Assembly (NCBI GenBank): GCA_937996755.1
Contig: CALKUS010000135.1
Span: forward strand, 1-43,340
From: an uncultured Pseudomonadota bacterium
GTDB lineage: Bacteria > Pseudomonadota > Gammaproteobacteria > Xanthomonadales > Ahniellaceae
Reading direction: 5' to 3'
DNA: 43,340 nt
The notes below the pieces were generated by a model. It ran no database searches. It had not been told where the DNA came from and saw nothing but the letters and a program-made list of their open reading frames with translations. Positions 10,335 to 19,859 of this stretch are shown here, in pieces (position 1 is the stretch's first letter; each line of letters starts with the position of its first letter). The position numbers and the translations under genes were made by a program.

Positions 10335-13325
10335 TCATTCGAAGCCGTTCGAGAACAGCGCGTCCGGCAGGCCACCGGCACAGACGAACGTCGTGGCCGA
10401 GACCACCACGTCGTCGATGCGGATGCCGGGGACACCACCGGCGACGACGCTCGAGTCGGTCGCCGCGAGCCAGCGCAGGCGCACGCTCTGGCCGTTCGCC
10501 GCCGCCGGCAGCGTGACCGTCGACGTGATGTACGCCGGCGCCGCCGTCGTGCCGCCGGACAGGCCGGACCAGGCCTGGCGACCGCCGATCGGGCTGCTGA
10601 AGCCGGTCGAGATCGTGTCGGTGTAGCCACCCGCCGTGAACGTGCCACCGGCCGTGACGATGTCGGTGAACGCGCCGGCGCCGATGCTGATCTCCAGCAC
10701 CATGCCGTCGTACGTGTCCTCGTAGTTGAAGAGGTTCTTGAACGTGACGGATGCGCCGCCAGCGGGCACGGTGAAGGCCTCGGAAACGAGCTCGCTCGTC
10801 GACACCGTCCCGACCTCGTTGACGAACGCGGCGTTCGGCGCGGAGGACGGCGTGGTGGCGGACGTGGTCCACAACGCGAGCGGCGTGGCGCCGGTCACGG
10901 CCGAGGTCCAGCCGGCCGGCAGCGCCGGTGCCGTGGCGCCGTCGAAGTTCTGCGAGAGCGCCGTGTTCACCTGCGCAACGCCGATGCGGATCGGCGCATA
11001 GGCGACCGCCGGGAACGCGGTGGGCCCGTCCTGCAGGCCGAGCGTCGGCGTGACGAACTGGCCGCACGTGCCGCCGACCGTGAACGCGAAGTCGCGCGAC
11101 ACCGTCGGGCCGCCGGCGACGACGACACCGTAGGTCTGCGGGGCACCGGGCAGCGTGACGTTGCCGCTCGCGGCGAGCGTGCCGACGAGGGCGGCCGACG
11201 AGTCCGCACCGCCGTTGTTGACGACCGGCAGGCTCAGCGTGACGACCTCACCCGGATCGGGCGCGCCGTTCGGCGGCGTGAAGCTCTCGGACACCAGCGT
11301 CACCGGCGTGCCCGCGGACAGCGTCGGGACGCCCGTGAGGCACCCCGTGAACGTCACGGTGCCGTTGTTCGTCACGGTGAGCGGGCTGCTCGTGATCGAG
11401 CCGAACGTCGGCTTCGAGGCGGTCGCCGTGTACGTACCCGGCGGCAGCTTGAAGTTCGAGTCGAGCGTGCCGTCGGCCTTGGTCGTGCGCAGCAGGCCAC
11501 CCGGCAGTGTGACGACCGCGCCCGCGAGCGGGAGGCCGGAGCTGCAGATGGTGAGGTTCGCGGCGATCTGGCCGCGCTGCGGCGCCGTGCAACCCGGCAG
11601 GATGAACTTGCCGAAGCGCGTGGCCCAACCGGCGCTGCTCGCCGCGGTGTAGTACTCCTGCGTGTACCAGAACGTGCACTCGTCGTTCGGGTCGACGCTC
11701 ATCGAGCTGTAGTCGCCCCAGCGACCGCTGGACGAGCTCTGCGCGCCGCCCGTGGCGACGAACACGGTCTCGCCTTCGTTCATGCCGACGCCCGTTGCTG
11801 CGCCCGTGCGGCCGGTGACGACGATGTTGGCACCGAACGGCGTGGGCTGCGGCGCCTGGCTGTAGCCGAGGCCGAGGTTGCCCTGGCCGTCCTGCGCGAT
11901 CGAGCCCATCCAGTTGTTGATGCCGGCGCCGTTGCCCGGGGCGAGGTTCTGCGTGCCCTGGTCGCGGACCGTCATCGGCGGGTTCGACAGGTCGGTGCTG
12001 CGCAGCTCGAACCAGCGCACGCCCGTCTGGTACGTGGCGGCGCTCGTGGGATTCACACCGGACACGTTGACGGTGAAGTTGCCGACCCACGAATTGATGG
12101 GCGCGGCAGGCGTGCCGAGGTTGCGGTAGCCGACGCGGAACAGCAGGCGGTCGGAAATCGCATCGAGCGCCGTGCCGGCACCCTGCTCGATCAGGTTGCG
12201 ACCGCTCGGCGCACGCGCGTCGAACTCGGCGAGCGGCGTGTCGGCGCGCACGTTGAACGTGGACGACGCGGGCGTCGCGTAGTTCGGCACCAGCTCGTAC
12301 GTGCGGATGCCGTCGATCGGGTCGCCGAAATCGTTGGCGCGGAACTCGAGGATGCGGTTCGGCAGGCCGGTCGGCGGCGGGATCACGCCGTCGATGTCGG
12401 TCGGCAGCTGGCCGCCGGCGTTCGGGTCGATGCCGAACACGTCACGATAGATGTACGACGCGGTCGGGTCGCCGACCAGCATCTTGGCGCGGTCGAACGC
12501 GAAGATGCCCGCGCCGGTGAACGCCGTGCCCGCCTGGTTGAACTGGTTGACGGTGAGGTAGTAGCCGTCGGGCCAGACGCCGTAGTGCGGGTAGTCGAAG
12601 AAGTTGTTGTTCGGCATCACGAACGCGTACGAGTAGTACGCCCCGAGCGGATCGGGCGTGCGCGAGATCGCGATGCACTGGCGGCCGGGCACGCCGTCGA
12701 CTTCGAACTGCGAAATCATCCAGCGGTCGGCCAGCGGGTCGTACAGCACCACCGGGTCGCCGTCGTCGCCCGTGCGGCAGGCATCGCCCGCGGGCAGGCC
12801 CTGGAAGAACTGGGCGCTCTGCAGCACCGGGCCGATCTGGCGGCCGCCGGTCGTCTTGTCGTACACCGAAACGGAGATGTTGACCGTCTGCACGTAGTGG
12901 TTCGGGCCGACGTCGCCGTTCGTGTCGGGCGGCAGGCAGCCGCACAGCGATTCGGCGCCGGTCTGGCCGAGGAACGTGGTGGGCGCACCGATCGTCGACG
13001 GGCCGCGCGCGTTGTTGTTCGCGAGCAGCGGGTCGAGGAATGCACCATCACCCGCGCCCGCACCGGGCTTGCGGTACTTGATGCGCGCGTTCTCGTTCTG
13101 CTCCTTCGCCTGCGACTCGTTTTCCTTGACGATCCGGCGCACCGGCACCTGGTCGCGGATCGGCTGCGTGACGCCGAATGCGGCGGCCTTCGCGGTCATG
13201 AATTCGCCCTGCGCGCTGACCAGCGGCGGGCCGTCCGCAGCGAACGCGGGCGCAGTGACGAGCAGAACGGCCATCGCCGTCGCCAGGCGCGTGCACGCCT
13301 GGAGCTTGTTGAATCGACGCATCAT
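10335..13325 (-). CDS. Large secreted multidomain protein of unknown function. It has a signal peptide, an unrecognised ~550-aa N-terminal domain, Ig-like / carboxypeptidase-regulatory-like beta-sandwich repeats, and a C-terminal jelly-roll-like domain ending DALFSNGFE.
   Basis: Start MMRRFNKLQACTRLATAMAVLLVTAPAFA is preceded by GGGGGA. The long Thr/Gly/Ser-rich beta-strand segments (TICSSGLPLAGAVVTLPGGLLRTTKADGT...) are typical of extracellular proteins. The antisense 1108-aa ORF (10254..13580 +) is a GC artefact. Confidence 0.75.
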   Translation of the reverse strand: MMRRFNKLQACTRLATAMAVLLVTAPAFAADGPPLVSAQGEFMTAKAAAFGVTQPIRDQVPVRRIVKENESQAKEQNENARIKYRKPGAGAGDGAFLDPLLANNNARGPSTIGAPTTFLGQTGAESLCGCLPPDTNGDVGPNHYVQTVNISVSVYDKTTGGRQIGPVLQSAQFFQGLPAGDACRTGDDGDPVVLYDPLADRWMISQFEVDGVPGRQCIAISRTPDPLGAYYSYAFVMPNNNFFDYPHYGVWPDGYYLTVNQFNQAGTAFTGAGIFAFDRAKMLVGDPTASYIYRDVFGIDPNAGGQLPTDIDGVIPPPTGLPNRILEFRANDFGDPIDGIRTYELVPNYATPASSTFNVRADTPLAEFDARAPSGRNLIEQGAGTALDAISDRLLFRVGYRNLGTPAAPINSWVGNFTVNVSGVNPTSAATYQTGVRWFELRSTDLSNPPMTVRDQGTQNLAPGNGAGINNWMGSIAQDGQGNLGLGYSQAPQPTPFGANIVVTGRTGAATGVGMNEGETVFVATGGAQSSSSGRWGDYSSMSVDPNDECTFWYTQEYYTAASSAGWATRFGKFILPGCTAPQRGQIAANLTICSSGLPLAGAVVTLPGGLLRTTKADGTLDSNFKLPPGTYTATASKPTFGSITSSPLTVTNNGTVTFTGCLTGVPTLSAGTPVTLVSESFTPPNGAPDPGEVVTLSLPVVNNGGADSSAALVGTLAASGNVTLPGAPQTYGVVVAGGPTVSRDFAFTVGGTCGQFVTPTLGLQDGPTAFPAVAYAPIRIGVAQVNTALSQNFDGATAPALPAGWTSAVTGATPLALWTTSATTPSSAPNAAFVNEVGTVSTSELVSEAFTVPAGGASVTFKNLFNYEDTYDGMVLEISIGAGAFTDIVTAGGTFTAGGYTDTISTGFSSPIGGRQAWSGLSGGTTAAPAYITSTVTLPAAANGQSVRLRWLAATDSSVVAGGVPGIRIDDVVVSATTFVCAGGLPDALFSNGFE

Positions 13326-13519
13326 TTCATCCCCCGGGATGAGGTTGTGACCTGCCGGAGACGCCGGAAAAATCTGATGGAACCCGTCCCCAGCCACTTG
13401 ACATCGTTCCCGATGGTAAGCCCGTCCGGCCGATCCGTCGAGAGCCGGTGGCGGCCGGCCGACGGGCGGCGCCGCGAGCCGCGCCCTGCACGGTCGCGCC
13501 GCCGTGCTTCAATGCCGCC

Positions 13520-15226
13520 ATGCCCCACCTGGACCTCGCCCTGCTGGTCTGCGCGGCGCTCGTCGCGCTCGGCATCGTGACCAGCCTCCTGTCGCTGCGC
13601 TTCGGCGCGCCGCTGCTGCTCGTCTTCCTGGGCGTCGGCCTCGCGGCCGGCGAGGACGGGCTCGGGGGGATCCGGTTCGACGACGCGCACCTGGTGTACA
13701 CCATCTGCAGCATCGCACTGGCCGTCGTTCTGTTCGACGCCGGGTTCGAGACGCGCTGGCAGAGTTACCGCGTGGCCGCGCGCCCGGCGCTCGTGCTTGC
13801 GACGGTCGGCGTGCTCGTCACCACCGCCGTCTTCGCGTACGCCGCGCGGCTCGTGCTCGGCTTCGACTGGCCGCACGCGTTGCTGCTCGGCGCGATGGTG
13901 AGCTCCACCGACGCGGCAGCGGTGTTCTTCCTGCTGCGCGTCGGCGGCGCCGTGGTGCGCGACCGCGTCCGTTCCACGCTGGAAATCGAATCGGGCACGA
14001 ACGACCCGATGGCGATCTTCCTCACGACCGCCCTGCTCTCTTTCGTCGCGACGCGCAGCGAGATCGGCGGCTGGCACCTCGTGCTGGAATTCGGGCGCGA
14101 AATGGGCCTCGGCAGCGTGCTCGGCCTGGCCGGCGGATGGGCGATCGCTGCGCTGCTGCGCCGCCTGCCGCTGGAGCGCGCGCTCGTGCCGTTGCTCGCG
14201 ACGAGCCTCGCGCTGTGCCTGTTCGCCGCGACGAACATGCTCGGCGGCAGCGGCTACCTCGCGATCTACCTCGCCGGCCTGGTCGTCGGCAACCTGCGCA
14301 TCAACGAAGGCGTCGCGCTGCGCCGCTTCCAGGGCGCGTTCACGTGGCTCGGCCAGATCGTCATGTTCATCACGCTCGGGCTGTTCGCGACGCCGAGCGA
14401 GTTCGTGGGCCTGCTCGGCGAGTCGCTCGTGCTCGCGGCGGTGCTCGTGCTCGTCGCGCGCCCGCTCGCCGCGGCGCTTTGCCTGTTCCCGTTCGGCTTC
14501 TCGCGCGACGAGACGCTGCTCACCGGCTGGGTCGGGTTGCGCGGTGCCGTTTCGCTCCTGCTCGCGATCCTGCCGCTGCTCGCGGGCGTGGAACACGCGC
14601 GCACGATGTTCAACGTCACGTTCGAGATCGTGTTCGTGTCGCTGCTCGTGCAGGGCTGGACGCTCTTGCCGGTCGCGCGACGACTGCGCCAGGTGGTGCC
14701 CGCACGTAGCGGGCCGGTGGAACGCAGCGCGCTCGACATGCCGGGCCTCGATGGCCACGAGCTCGTCTGCTATCGCATCGCCGAGCACAGCCCGATCGCC
14801 GCCGGCGCCACGCTGCCGCGCTGGTCGCGTCCGTCGCTCGTCGTCCGCCGCGGCGAATCCATGCGCATCCGCGAGGCGGGCCCGTTGCAGGTGGGCGACC
14901 TCGTCTACCTCATCGTCACCGAGGATCGCATCGCGCTGCTCGACCGGATCTTCGCCGCGACGCGCCGCCCGGAGAAATCCGACCGCCAGTTCTTCGGCGA
15001 CTTCGCGCTCGCGCCCGACGTCACGCTGTCGGACATCGCGGCGAGCTATGGCGTCGCGGTGCCGTTGCGCGATTCGGGCTTGACGGTATCCGAAGCGCTG
15101 GCGCGTGAATTCGATTCCGCGCCGACGGTGGGGGACCGGTTGCGGCTCGGCAAGGTGGAATTGATCGTGCGCGACGTCGGCAACGACGGACGCGTGGCGG
15201 AGGTGGGGTTGGCGTTGAAGCCGTAG
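13520..15226 (+). CDS. nhaP2: K+/H+ antiporter NhaP2/CvrA (CPA1 family with C-terminal TrkA-C domain)
   Basis: Collinear with E. coli NhaP2 (TLEIESGTNDPMAIFLT, WVGLRGAVSLLLA, RFFGDFxLAPD). Start is MPHLDLALLV (ATG ~13520). The upstream part of the track ORF is unlikely to be coding. Confidence 0.85.
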   Translation: MPHLDLALLVCAALVALGIVTSLLSLRFGAPLLLVFLGVGLAAGEDGLGGIRFDDAHLVYTICSIALAVVLFDAGFETRWQSYRVAARPALVLATVGVLVTTAVFAYAARLVLGFDWPHALLLGAMVSSTDAAAVFFLLRVGGAVVRDRVRSTLEIESGTNDPMAIFLTTALLSFVATRSEIGGWHLVLEFGREMGLGSVLGLAGGWAIAALLRRLPLERALVPLLATSLALCLFAATNMLGGSGYLAIYLAGLVVGNLRINEGVALRRFQGAFTWLGQIVMFITLGLFATPSEFVGLLGESLVLAAVLVLVARPLAAALCLFPFGFSRDETLLTGWVGLRGAVSLLLAILPLLAGVEHARTMFNVTFEIVFVSLLVQGWTLLPVARRLRQVVPARSGPVERSALDMPGLDGHELVCYRIAEHSPIAAGATLPRWSRPSLVVRRGESMRIREAGPLQVGDLVYLIVTEDRIALLDRIFAATRRPEKSDRQFFGDFALAPDVTLSDIAASYGVAVPLRDSGLTVSEALAREFDSAPTVGDRLRLGKVELIVRDVGNDGRVAEVGLALKP

Positions 15227-15229
15227 CGT

Positions 15230-15675
15230 ACAGAGCGGGTTGTACGGCGCGGCTTCGACGAAGCCATCTGCCACCATGTCGAAGTGCCCGAACCACGCGC
15301 CGATCGCCCACAGGGGTGGGCTCCTACGAAATCCTCCCTGGATGCCTTTCGAGACGAGTCCCGTGCGTTGCGTCGCTCCGTGAGCTGGGTTGTACAGCGC
15401 GCGCTGTTGCCATCGACAGAGCGGCATCGCCTTGAGACTTCGGTCGGGCACGATGTACAACTTCGTTGCGGAGCGACGGCACGCCTTCGCGTCCTCACGC
15501 GATCATGCGCAGCGGGGTGCGATCGTCGCGCCTCGACAAGACCAGACTGGCCACACCCCGTTCACAGGGAGGATTCGGTAGGAGCCCACCCCTGTGGGCG
15601 ATCGGCGCGCCGCCGCAGGAAATGCGAGACACGGCAGATCGGTTTCGTCGGAGCGGCGCTGTACAACCCCGCTCT
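15230..15675. repeat. Family A repeat, second locus. It has a truncated reverse-complement unit (15290-15410), a full forward unit (15445-15608) and a partial spacer-like segment (15608-15670). It lies between the convergent nhaP2 and rlmH 3' ends.
   Basis: 15290-15335 (CGCCGATCGCCCACAGGGGTGGGCTCCTACGAAATCCTCCCTG) matches 318-360. 15445-15608 matches 1-160 along its length. TGTACA-type termini are at 15240, 15410, 15453 and 15660. Confidence 0.6.
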
Positions 15676-16146
15676 TCACGCCCGGTGATAAGGGTGACCC
15701 TTTCGAATACTCCACGCGCGGTACAGCTGCTCGATCACCACGAGCCGCACGAGCATGTGCGGCAGCACGAGCGGCGACAGCGACCACTTCGCGTCGGCGC
15801 GCGCCATGACCTCCGGCGCATGCCCGTCCGCGCCGCCGATCAGCAACGCGACGTCACGTCCGCTCTGCTCCCACGCTTCGGTTTTCTTCGCGAGCTCGGT
15901 GGTGGACCACGCCGCCCCGCGCTCGTCGAGCGCCACGACGTACGCGTTCTTCGGCAGCGCGGCGATGACACGCGCGCCTTCTTCCGCGATCGCGCGGGCG
16001 GGATCGCGTGTCGCGCTGCGCGCGCCGGGCGGGATCTCCACCAGCGCGGGCGCGTGCGGGTGCGGCAGGCGCTTCGCGTAGTCGGCGTAACCTTCCCGCA
16101 CCCAGGACGGCGGCTTGTCGCCGACCGCGATCAGCGCGATGCGCAC
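15676..16146 (-). CDS. rlmH: 23S rRNA (pseudouridine1915-N3)-methyltransferase RlmH
   Basis: 156 aa, SPOUT-class RlmH signature (VALDExGxxxSTxxLA, LLIGGADG). It lies immediately downstream of rsfS, as in E. coli. Confidence 0.9.
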   Translation of the reverse strand: MRIALIAVGDKPPSWVREGYADYAKRLPHPHAPALVEIPPGARSATRDPARAIAEEGARVIAALPKNAYVVALDERGAAWSTTELAKKTEAWEQSGRDVALLIGGADGHAPEVMARADAKWSLSPLVLPHMLVRLVVIEQLYRAWSIRKGHPYHRA

Positions 16147-16162
16147 TGGTCGCGCGCGGAGC

Positions 16163-16627
16163 TCAGCCGACCGCGGCGTTCGCCGGCATGTCGTCGCCCA
16201 CGGTCCACAGGCGCTCGAGCCCGTAGAACTCGCGCACGCGCGGCAGCATCACGTGGACCACGATGTCGCCGAGGTCGACCAGCACCCATTCGGCCTCGCG
16301 CTGGCCTTCCACGCCCAGCGGCGCCACGCCCGCGCGCTTCGCGAACTTCACCACCTCGTCGGCGATGGATTTCACGTGCCGGGTGGACGTGCCACTGGCG
16401 ATGACCAGGAGGTCGGTGATGGAGGTCTTGCCGCGGACGTCGATCTCGCGCACGTCCTTCGCTTTCAGCTCGGCGACTGCGTCGAGCACCTGCTGGCGCA
16501 GGGTGGGTGGAGCGGCGGGTTTTCGGGAGCGGGGTGCAGCGGCCTTCTTTCGAACCGTATTCGTCGTCTTGATGACCAAGTGGGGTAGCACCTCTGCGGT
16601 CGCGCCGGCGGTGGCGGGATTGCGCAC
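16163..16627 (-). CDS. rsfS: Ribosomal silencing factor RsfS (YbeB/DUF143) with a basic Pro/Ala-rich N-terminal extension; start uncertain
   Basis: Residues 45-154 align with E. coli RsfS (DVxGKSSITDxxIIxxGTSxRHV, VHVMxxExRxxYxLExLW). The track start is GTG with no Shine-Dalgarno sequence. A TTG 12 codons downstream with GAGG-N11 spacing is an alternative. Confidence 0.8.
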   Translation of the reverse strand: MRNPATAGATAEVLPHLVIKTTNTVRKKAAAPRSRKPAAPPTLRQQVLDAVAELKAKDVREIDVRGKTSITDLLVIASGTSTRHVKSIADEVVKFAKRAGVAPLGVEGQREAEWVLVDLGDIVVHVMLPRVREFYGLERLWTVGDDMPANAAVG

Positions 16628-16816
16628 CGTCGAAAGCAGTATAGACCTCGCACGACGGGTGAAAAGGGGGTCGCCCGCGGGTGCAATGCGACGATTCAGC
16701 CGGCCAAGCCTTGTGTTGCGCCGGTCGTCGGAATGCCGCGTTCGCGCATGTCCCGGGCACGGCGTGAACGCCGTTGTGCCAGTCTCGTGACGCGACTTTC
16801 ACGAATCGAGGTTTCC

Positions 16817-18169
16817 ATGTCGCAAATCCTTGCCGATGCGGCGCAGCGCGCGCGGGCCTATCTCTCCGACCTCGGGAATCGCGGCGTCGCGCCGGATCCC
16901 GGCGCCGTTGCGCGGCTGGCCGCGCTCGACGTGCCGTTGCCGGAACACTCGTCCGCGCCGGGCGACGTCATCGCGCAGCTCGACGCGCTCGCGCCGGCCA
17001 CGATGGCGATGGCCGGCCCGCGCTTCTTCGGCTTCGTGATCGGAGGCTCGTTGCCGGTCGCGCTCGCGGCGAACTGGCTCGCGGGCGCGTGGGACCAGAA
17101 CACCGGCCTCTACCAGTCGACGCCGGCCACCTCGATGCTCGAGCAGGTCGCGCTGCGCTGGCTGCTCGACGTGCTGCACCTCCCGCCCGGCTGTGGCGGC
17201 GCGTTCGTCACGGGCACTTCCGTCGCGCACGTGAGCGCGCTCGCGGCCGCGCGCCACGCGGTGCTGGAACGCGCGGGCTGGAATGTCGAGGCCGACGGCC
17301 TGTTCGGCGCGCCGCCGATCACCGTGGTCACGAGCGCGGAAGCGCACCCGACGCTGTACAAGGCGCTCGGCATCGTCGGCCTCGGGCGCAATCGCGTCGT
17401 GAAGGTGCCCACCGACGGGCAGGGCCGCATGCGCGTCGACGCGTTCCCGGAGATCCGCGGTCCGGCGATCGTCTGCGTGCAGGCCGGCAACGTGAACACG
17501 GGCGCGTTCGACCCGATCGCGGAGATCGTGCCGCGCGCGAAGGCAGCGGGCGCATGGGTGCACGTCGACGGCGCATTCGGGCTGTGGGCCGCCGCGGCAC
17601 CGTCGCGCACGCATCTCACGGCCGGCATCGCGGACGCGGATTCCTGGGCGACCGACGGCCACAAGTGGCTGAACGTGCCGTACGACAGCGGCATCGCGTT
17701 CGTGCGCGATCCGCATACGCTGCGCGCCGCGATGGCGATCACCGCGGAGTACCTGCCGACCGACACGCCGCAGCGCAATCCGTCCGACTACACGCCGGAG
17801 CTCTCGCGCCGCGCGCGCGGCGTCGATATCTGGGCTGCGCTGCGCGCACTCGGGCGCGAAGGCGTGGCGGAGCTCATCGAGCGCAATTGCCGCCAGGCGC
17901 GCCGCTTCGCCGAGGGTTTCGCCGCGGCCGGCTATCGCGTGCTGAACGACGTCGTGCTGAACCAGGTGCTCGTGTCGTTCGGCGATGCCGAAACCACGCA
18001 ACGCACGATCGCTTCGATCCAGTCCGACGGCACGTGCTGGTGCGGCGGCACGGTGTGGCAGGGCCAGCCCGCGATGCGCATCAGCGTGAGCTCGTGGGCG
18101 ACGACGGACGACGATGTCGAGAAAAGCCTCGTCGCCATGCTGCGCTGCGCCGCGGCCGCGAAGCGCTGA
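16817..18169 (+). CDS. PLP-dependent group II amino-acid decarboxylase-like enzyme (aspartate aminotransferase fold)
   Basis: 451 aa from MSQILADAAQ (ATG preceded by GAGG). It has the DGHKW PLP-lysine motif and xHVDGAFG, typical of aromatic-L-amino-acid/glutamate decarboxylase relatives. The substrate is unknown. Confidence 0.8.
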   Translation: MSQILADAAQRARAYLSDLGNRGVAPDPGAVARLAALDVPLPEHSSAPGDVIAQLDALAPATMAMAGPRFFGFVIGGSLPVALAANWLAGAWDQNTGLYQSTPATSMLEQVALRWLLDVLHLPPGCGGAFVTGTSVAHVSALAAARHAVLERAGWNVEADGLFGAPPITVVTSAEAHPTLYKALGIVGLGRNRVVKVPTDGQGRMRVDAFPEIRGPAIVCVQAGNVNTGAFDPIAEIVPRAKAAGAWVHVDGAFGLWAAAAPSRTHLTAGIADADSWATDGHKWLNVPYDSGIAFVRDPHTLRAAMAITAEYLPTDTPQRNPSDYTPELSRRARGVDIWAALRALGREGVAELIERNCRQARRFAEGFAAAGYRVLNDVVLNQVLVSFGDAETTQRTIASIQSDGTCWCGGTVWQGQPAMRISVSSWATTDDDVEKSLVAMLRCAAAAKR

Positions 18170-18176
18170 AACAAAA

Positions 18177-18205
18177 AAGGCCGTGGTGCGCATGCACCAC
18201 GGCCA
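18177..18205. terminator. Bidirectional intrinsic terminator: the perfect palindrome GGCCGTGGTGCGCATGCACCACGGCC, flanked by an A-run (plus strand) that reads as a T-run on the minus strand
   Basis: It sits between the decarboxylase stop (18169) and the SPFH stop (18208). It has a 13-bp stem and runs into CCTTTTTTGTTT on the minus strand. Confidence 0.7.
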
Positions 18206-18207
18206 AT

Positions 18208-19350
18208 TCACTTGCCGAGCTTCACGAGGCCTTCCAGCACCCCGTCGAGGCCGCCGAAGACGGTGATCTTGTCGATCTTCTCCGTCACCTTCTCGAGCGT
18301 CTCGAGCTCCTTCAAACGCTTCAGCACCGGGCTGCCTTCCATGAGCTTCGCGGTGTTGAGCAGCGAGCGCGTCGCCGCAGTCTCCTCGCGGCGCTTGATC
18401 ACGTTCGCCTGCGCGGCCTTCTCGGCCTGCACCACCTGGTTGAGGATCTCCTTCATCTCACCCGGGAGGATCAGGTCCTTGACGCCCACGCTGTCGAGCT
18501 CGATGCCGAAGGCGGCGAGCTTGCCCGACGCGTACGCGGCGACCGAAGCGTCCAGCTCGCCCTTGTTGCCGAGCAGGCCGTCCAGCAGGCGCGTGCCGAT
18601 CGCCTGGCGCAAGCCGAACTGCAGCTCGCGGTACAACGTCGACTGGTAGTCGGCGAGACGCGTACGCGCGGCCACCGGATCGACGATGCGGTAGCTCGCC
18701 GAAAGGTTCGCACGCAGCGAGACCTTGTCGCGGGTCAGGATTTCCTGGCCCGAGACTTCGATCGACTGCTGGCGCAGGTCCATCACCTCGACCTGCACGC
18801 TGCGCTGGAACTTCCAGAAGCCATGCACGCCCGGCTCGAGCGTACGCACGAAGCGACCGTTCACGAACAGCATGCCGACGCTCGCGGCCGGGACTTCACG
18901 CTGCACGATGGCGGCAGCCGCCTCGCGCAGCAGCGACGTCGAAACCGGCTGCGCCAGCGCACGCACGATCGCATCCGGCACCGCGAGCTCGCTCGCGATG
19001 TCGACGCACTCCACGCGCACCTGCACCGGGCCCTTCCAGAAGACCTGGCGCGCGCCCGGCGACAGGATCGCCGACAGCTTGCCGTCCTTGTGGACGAGGC
19101 CCACCTCGTTCTCGCCGACCACGACGAGCTCGAGGTGCCGTTCGGTCAGCGCGCGGTTCTCGCGCACGTACACGTCGGCCTTCGCGAACTTCGCTTCCGG
19201 CTCGGTGACGTCCTCGACCGCGAACTGACGGCGGCCGAACGGATCGAAGATCCAGTACACGCCCGGGCCCAACACGGCGCTCAAGCGCCCATTACGGAAC
19301 TCGAGGCCACGCTGGTACTGGGCGATGACGAGACGATTGATCAAAGCCAT
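18208..19350 (-). CDS. SPFH/band-7 (stomatin-prohibitin-flotillin-HflC/K) domain protein
   Basis: Start MALINRL is preceded by AGGAAA-N6. It has the SPFH core (LDxVGVKDLILPGEMKEILNQVVQAEKAAQANVIKRREE) and a coiled-coil C-terminus. No NfeD partner lies adjacent. Confidence 0.8.
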   Translation of the reverse strand: MALINRLVIAQYQRGLEFRNGRLSAVLGPGVYWIFDPFGRRQFAVEDVTEPEAKFAKADVYVRENRALTERHLELVVVGENEVGLVHKDGKLSAILSPGARQVFWKGPVQVRVECVDIASELAVPDAIVRALAQPVSTSLLREAAAAIVQREVPAASVGMLFVNGRFVRTLEPGVHGFWKFQRSVQVEVMDLRQQSIEVSGQEILTRDKVSLRANLSASYRIVDPVAARTRLADYQSTLYRELQFGLRQAIGTRLLDGLLGNKGELDASVAAYASGKLAAFGIELDSVGVKDLILPGEMKEILNQVVQAEKAAQANVIKRREETAATRSLLNTAKLMEGSPVLKRLKELETLEKVTEKIDKITVFGGLDGVLEGLVKLGK

Positions 19351-19714
19351 GATCGTTTCCTCATTCATCGCGCATCGCGTTCGATTCGCCGACGCTCCCC
19401 GCGTCGTACCCGGGCCGCGATGCATCGCCCGGTGTTGCTTCGGAATATGGCCGGGCCCACCCCACGCCCGCGCGCGGGAGCGGAAGGCCGGCGTCGCGTC
19501 GCGCGCATGGCGCATCGCTTCGTTGCGACGTCATCGACGGCGCAGCGAACACGACGCCGCATGCGCGGCGCATCGACGCCGGGCACTCCGCCCGCAGGCG
19601 CGACGTGCGCCGTGCCGCATCGATCCGATGACGCGATCGACCGCACCGGGATGGAGCCCGGTGGAACGCGTTGCCGCGTCCCGGTGTTGCTTCAGACAGC
19701 AGTCTTTCCACGAC

Positions 19715-19785
19715 TGTTTCGGAGCGGGATTCGAACCCGCCACCTCAAGGGTTGCCTTGAGCTCTGACCGACTGAGCTATCCGAT
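19715..19785 (-). pseudogene. tRNA-like remnant X1. It has tRNA D-arm and T-arm sequence, but its anticodon arm is replaced by a 7-bp stem with a 4-nt loop (CTCAAGG-CAAC-CCTTGAG). The acceptor stem pairs at only 5 of 7 positions, and the 5' end abuts the CCA of tRNA-Asp.
   Basis: Reverse complement: GCCATCGGATAGCTCAGTCGGTCAGAGCTCAAGGCAACCCTTGAGGTGGCGGGTTCGAATCCCGCTCCGAAAC. There is no 7-nt anticodon loop and no encoded CCA. Confidence 0.4.
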
Positions 19786-19859
19786 GGCGGCCCCGGCCGG
19801 ACTCGAACCGGCGACTTCCGGTTCGACAAACCGGCGTTCTCACCTCTGAACTACGGGGC
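19784..19859 (-). tRNA. tRNA-Asp (anticodon GTC), CCA encoded
   Basis: Hand-folded: GGCCCCG-TA-GTTC-AGAGGTGA-GAAC-G-CCGGT-TTGTCGA-ACCGG-AAGTC-GCCGG-TTCGAGT-CCGGC-CGGGGCC-G-CCA. The acceptor pairs 7/7, there is a GG in the D-loop, and the discriminator is G73 as expected for Asp. Confidence 0.8.

Noticed and set aside
13395-13425. Sigma-70-like promoter (TTGACA ... TAAGCC) upstream of nhaP2
   Set aside because: The spacer is only ~13 nt and the -10 hexamer is poor. I cannot support it without TSS data.
10254-13580. 1108-aa plus-strand ORF, antisense to the secreted-protein gene. The same applies to other long antisense or frame-fusion ORFs: 2500..7827, 5265..8111, 13322..15460, 16774..19767, 21137..22897, 22951..24417, 23484..27653, 23580..27815, 28913..31375, 33088..35292, 39813..41783.
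   Set aside because: Stop codons are rare at ~70% GC, so long open frames are expected on both strands. These translate to Arg/Ala/Pro-rich low-complexity sequence with no recognisable domains. The partner-strand genes have clear homology, signal peptides and Shine-Dalgarno sequences.
19715-19785. X1 as a functional tRNA (for example a Val or Phe isoacceptor, given the Phe-like D-arm GGATAGCTCAGTCGG)
   Set aside because: The region between the D-stem and the T-stem is 3 nt too short, and it folds as a 7-bp stem with a tetraloop rather than an anticodon arm. The acceptor pairs at only 5 of 7 positions, and there is no CCA or spacer.
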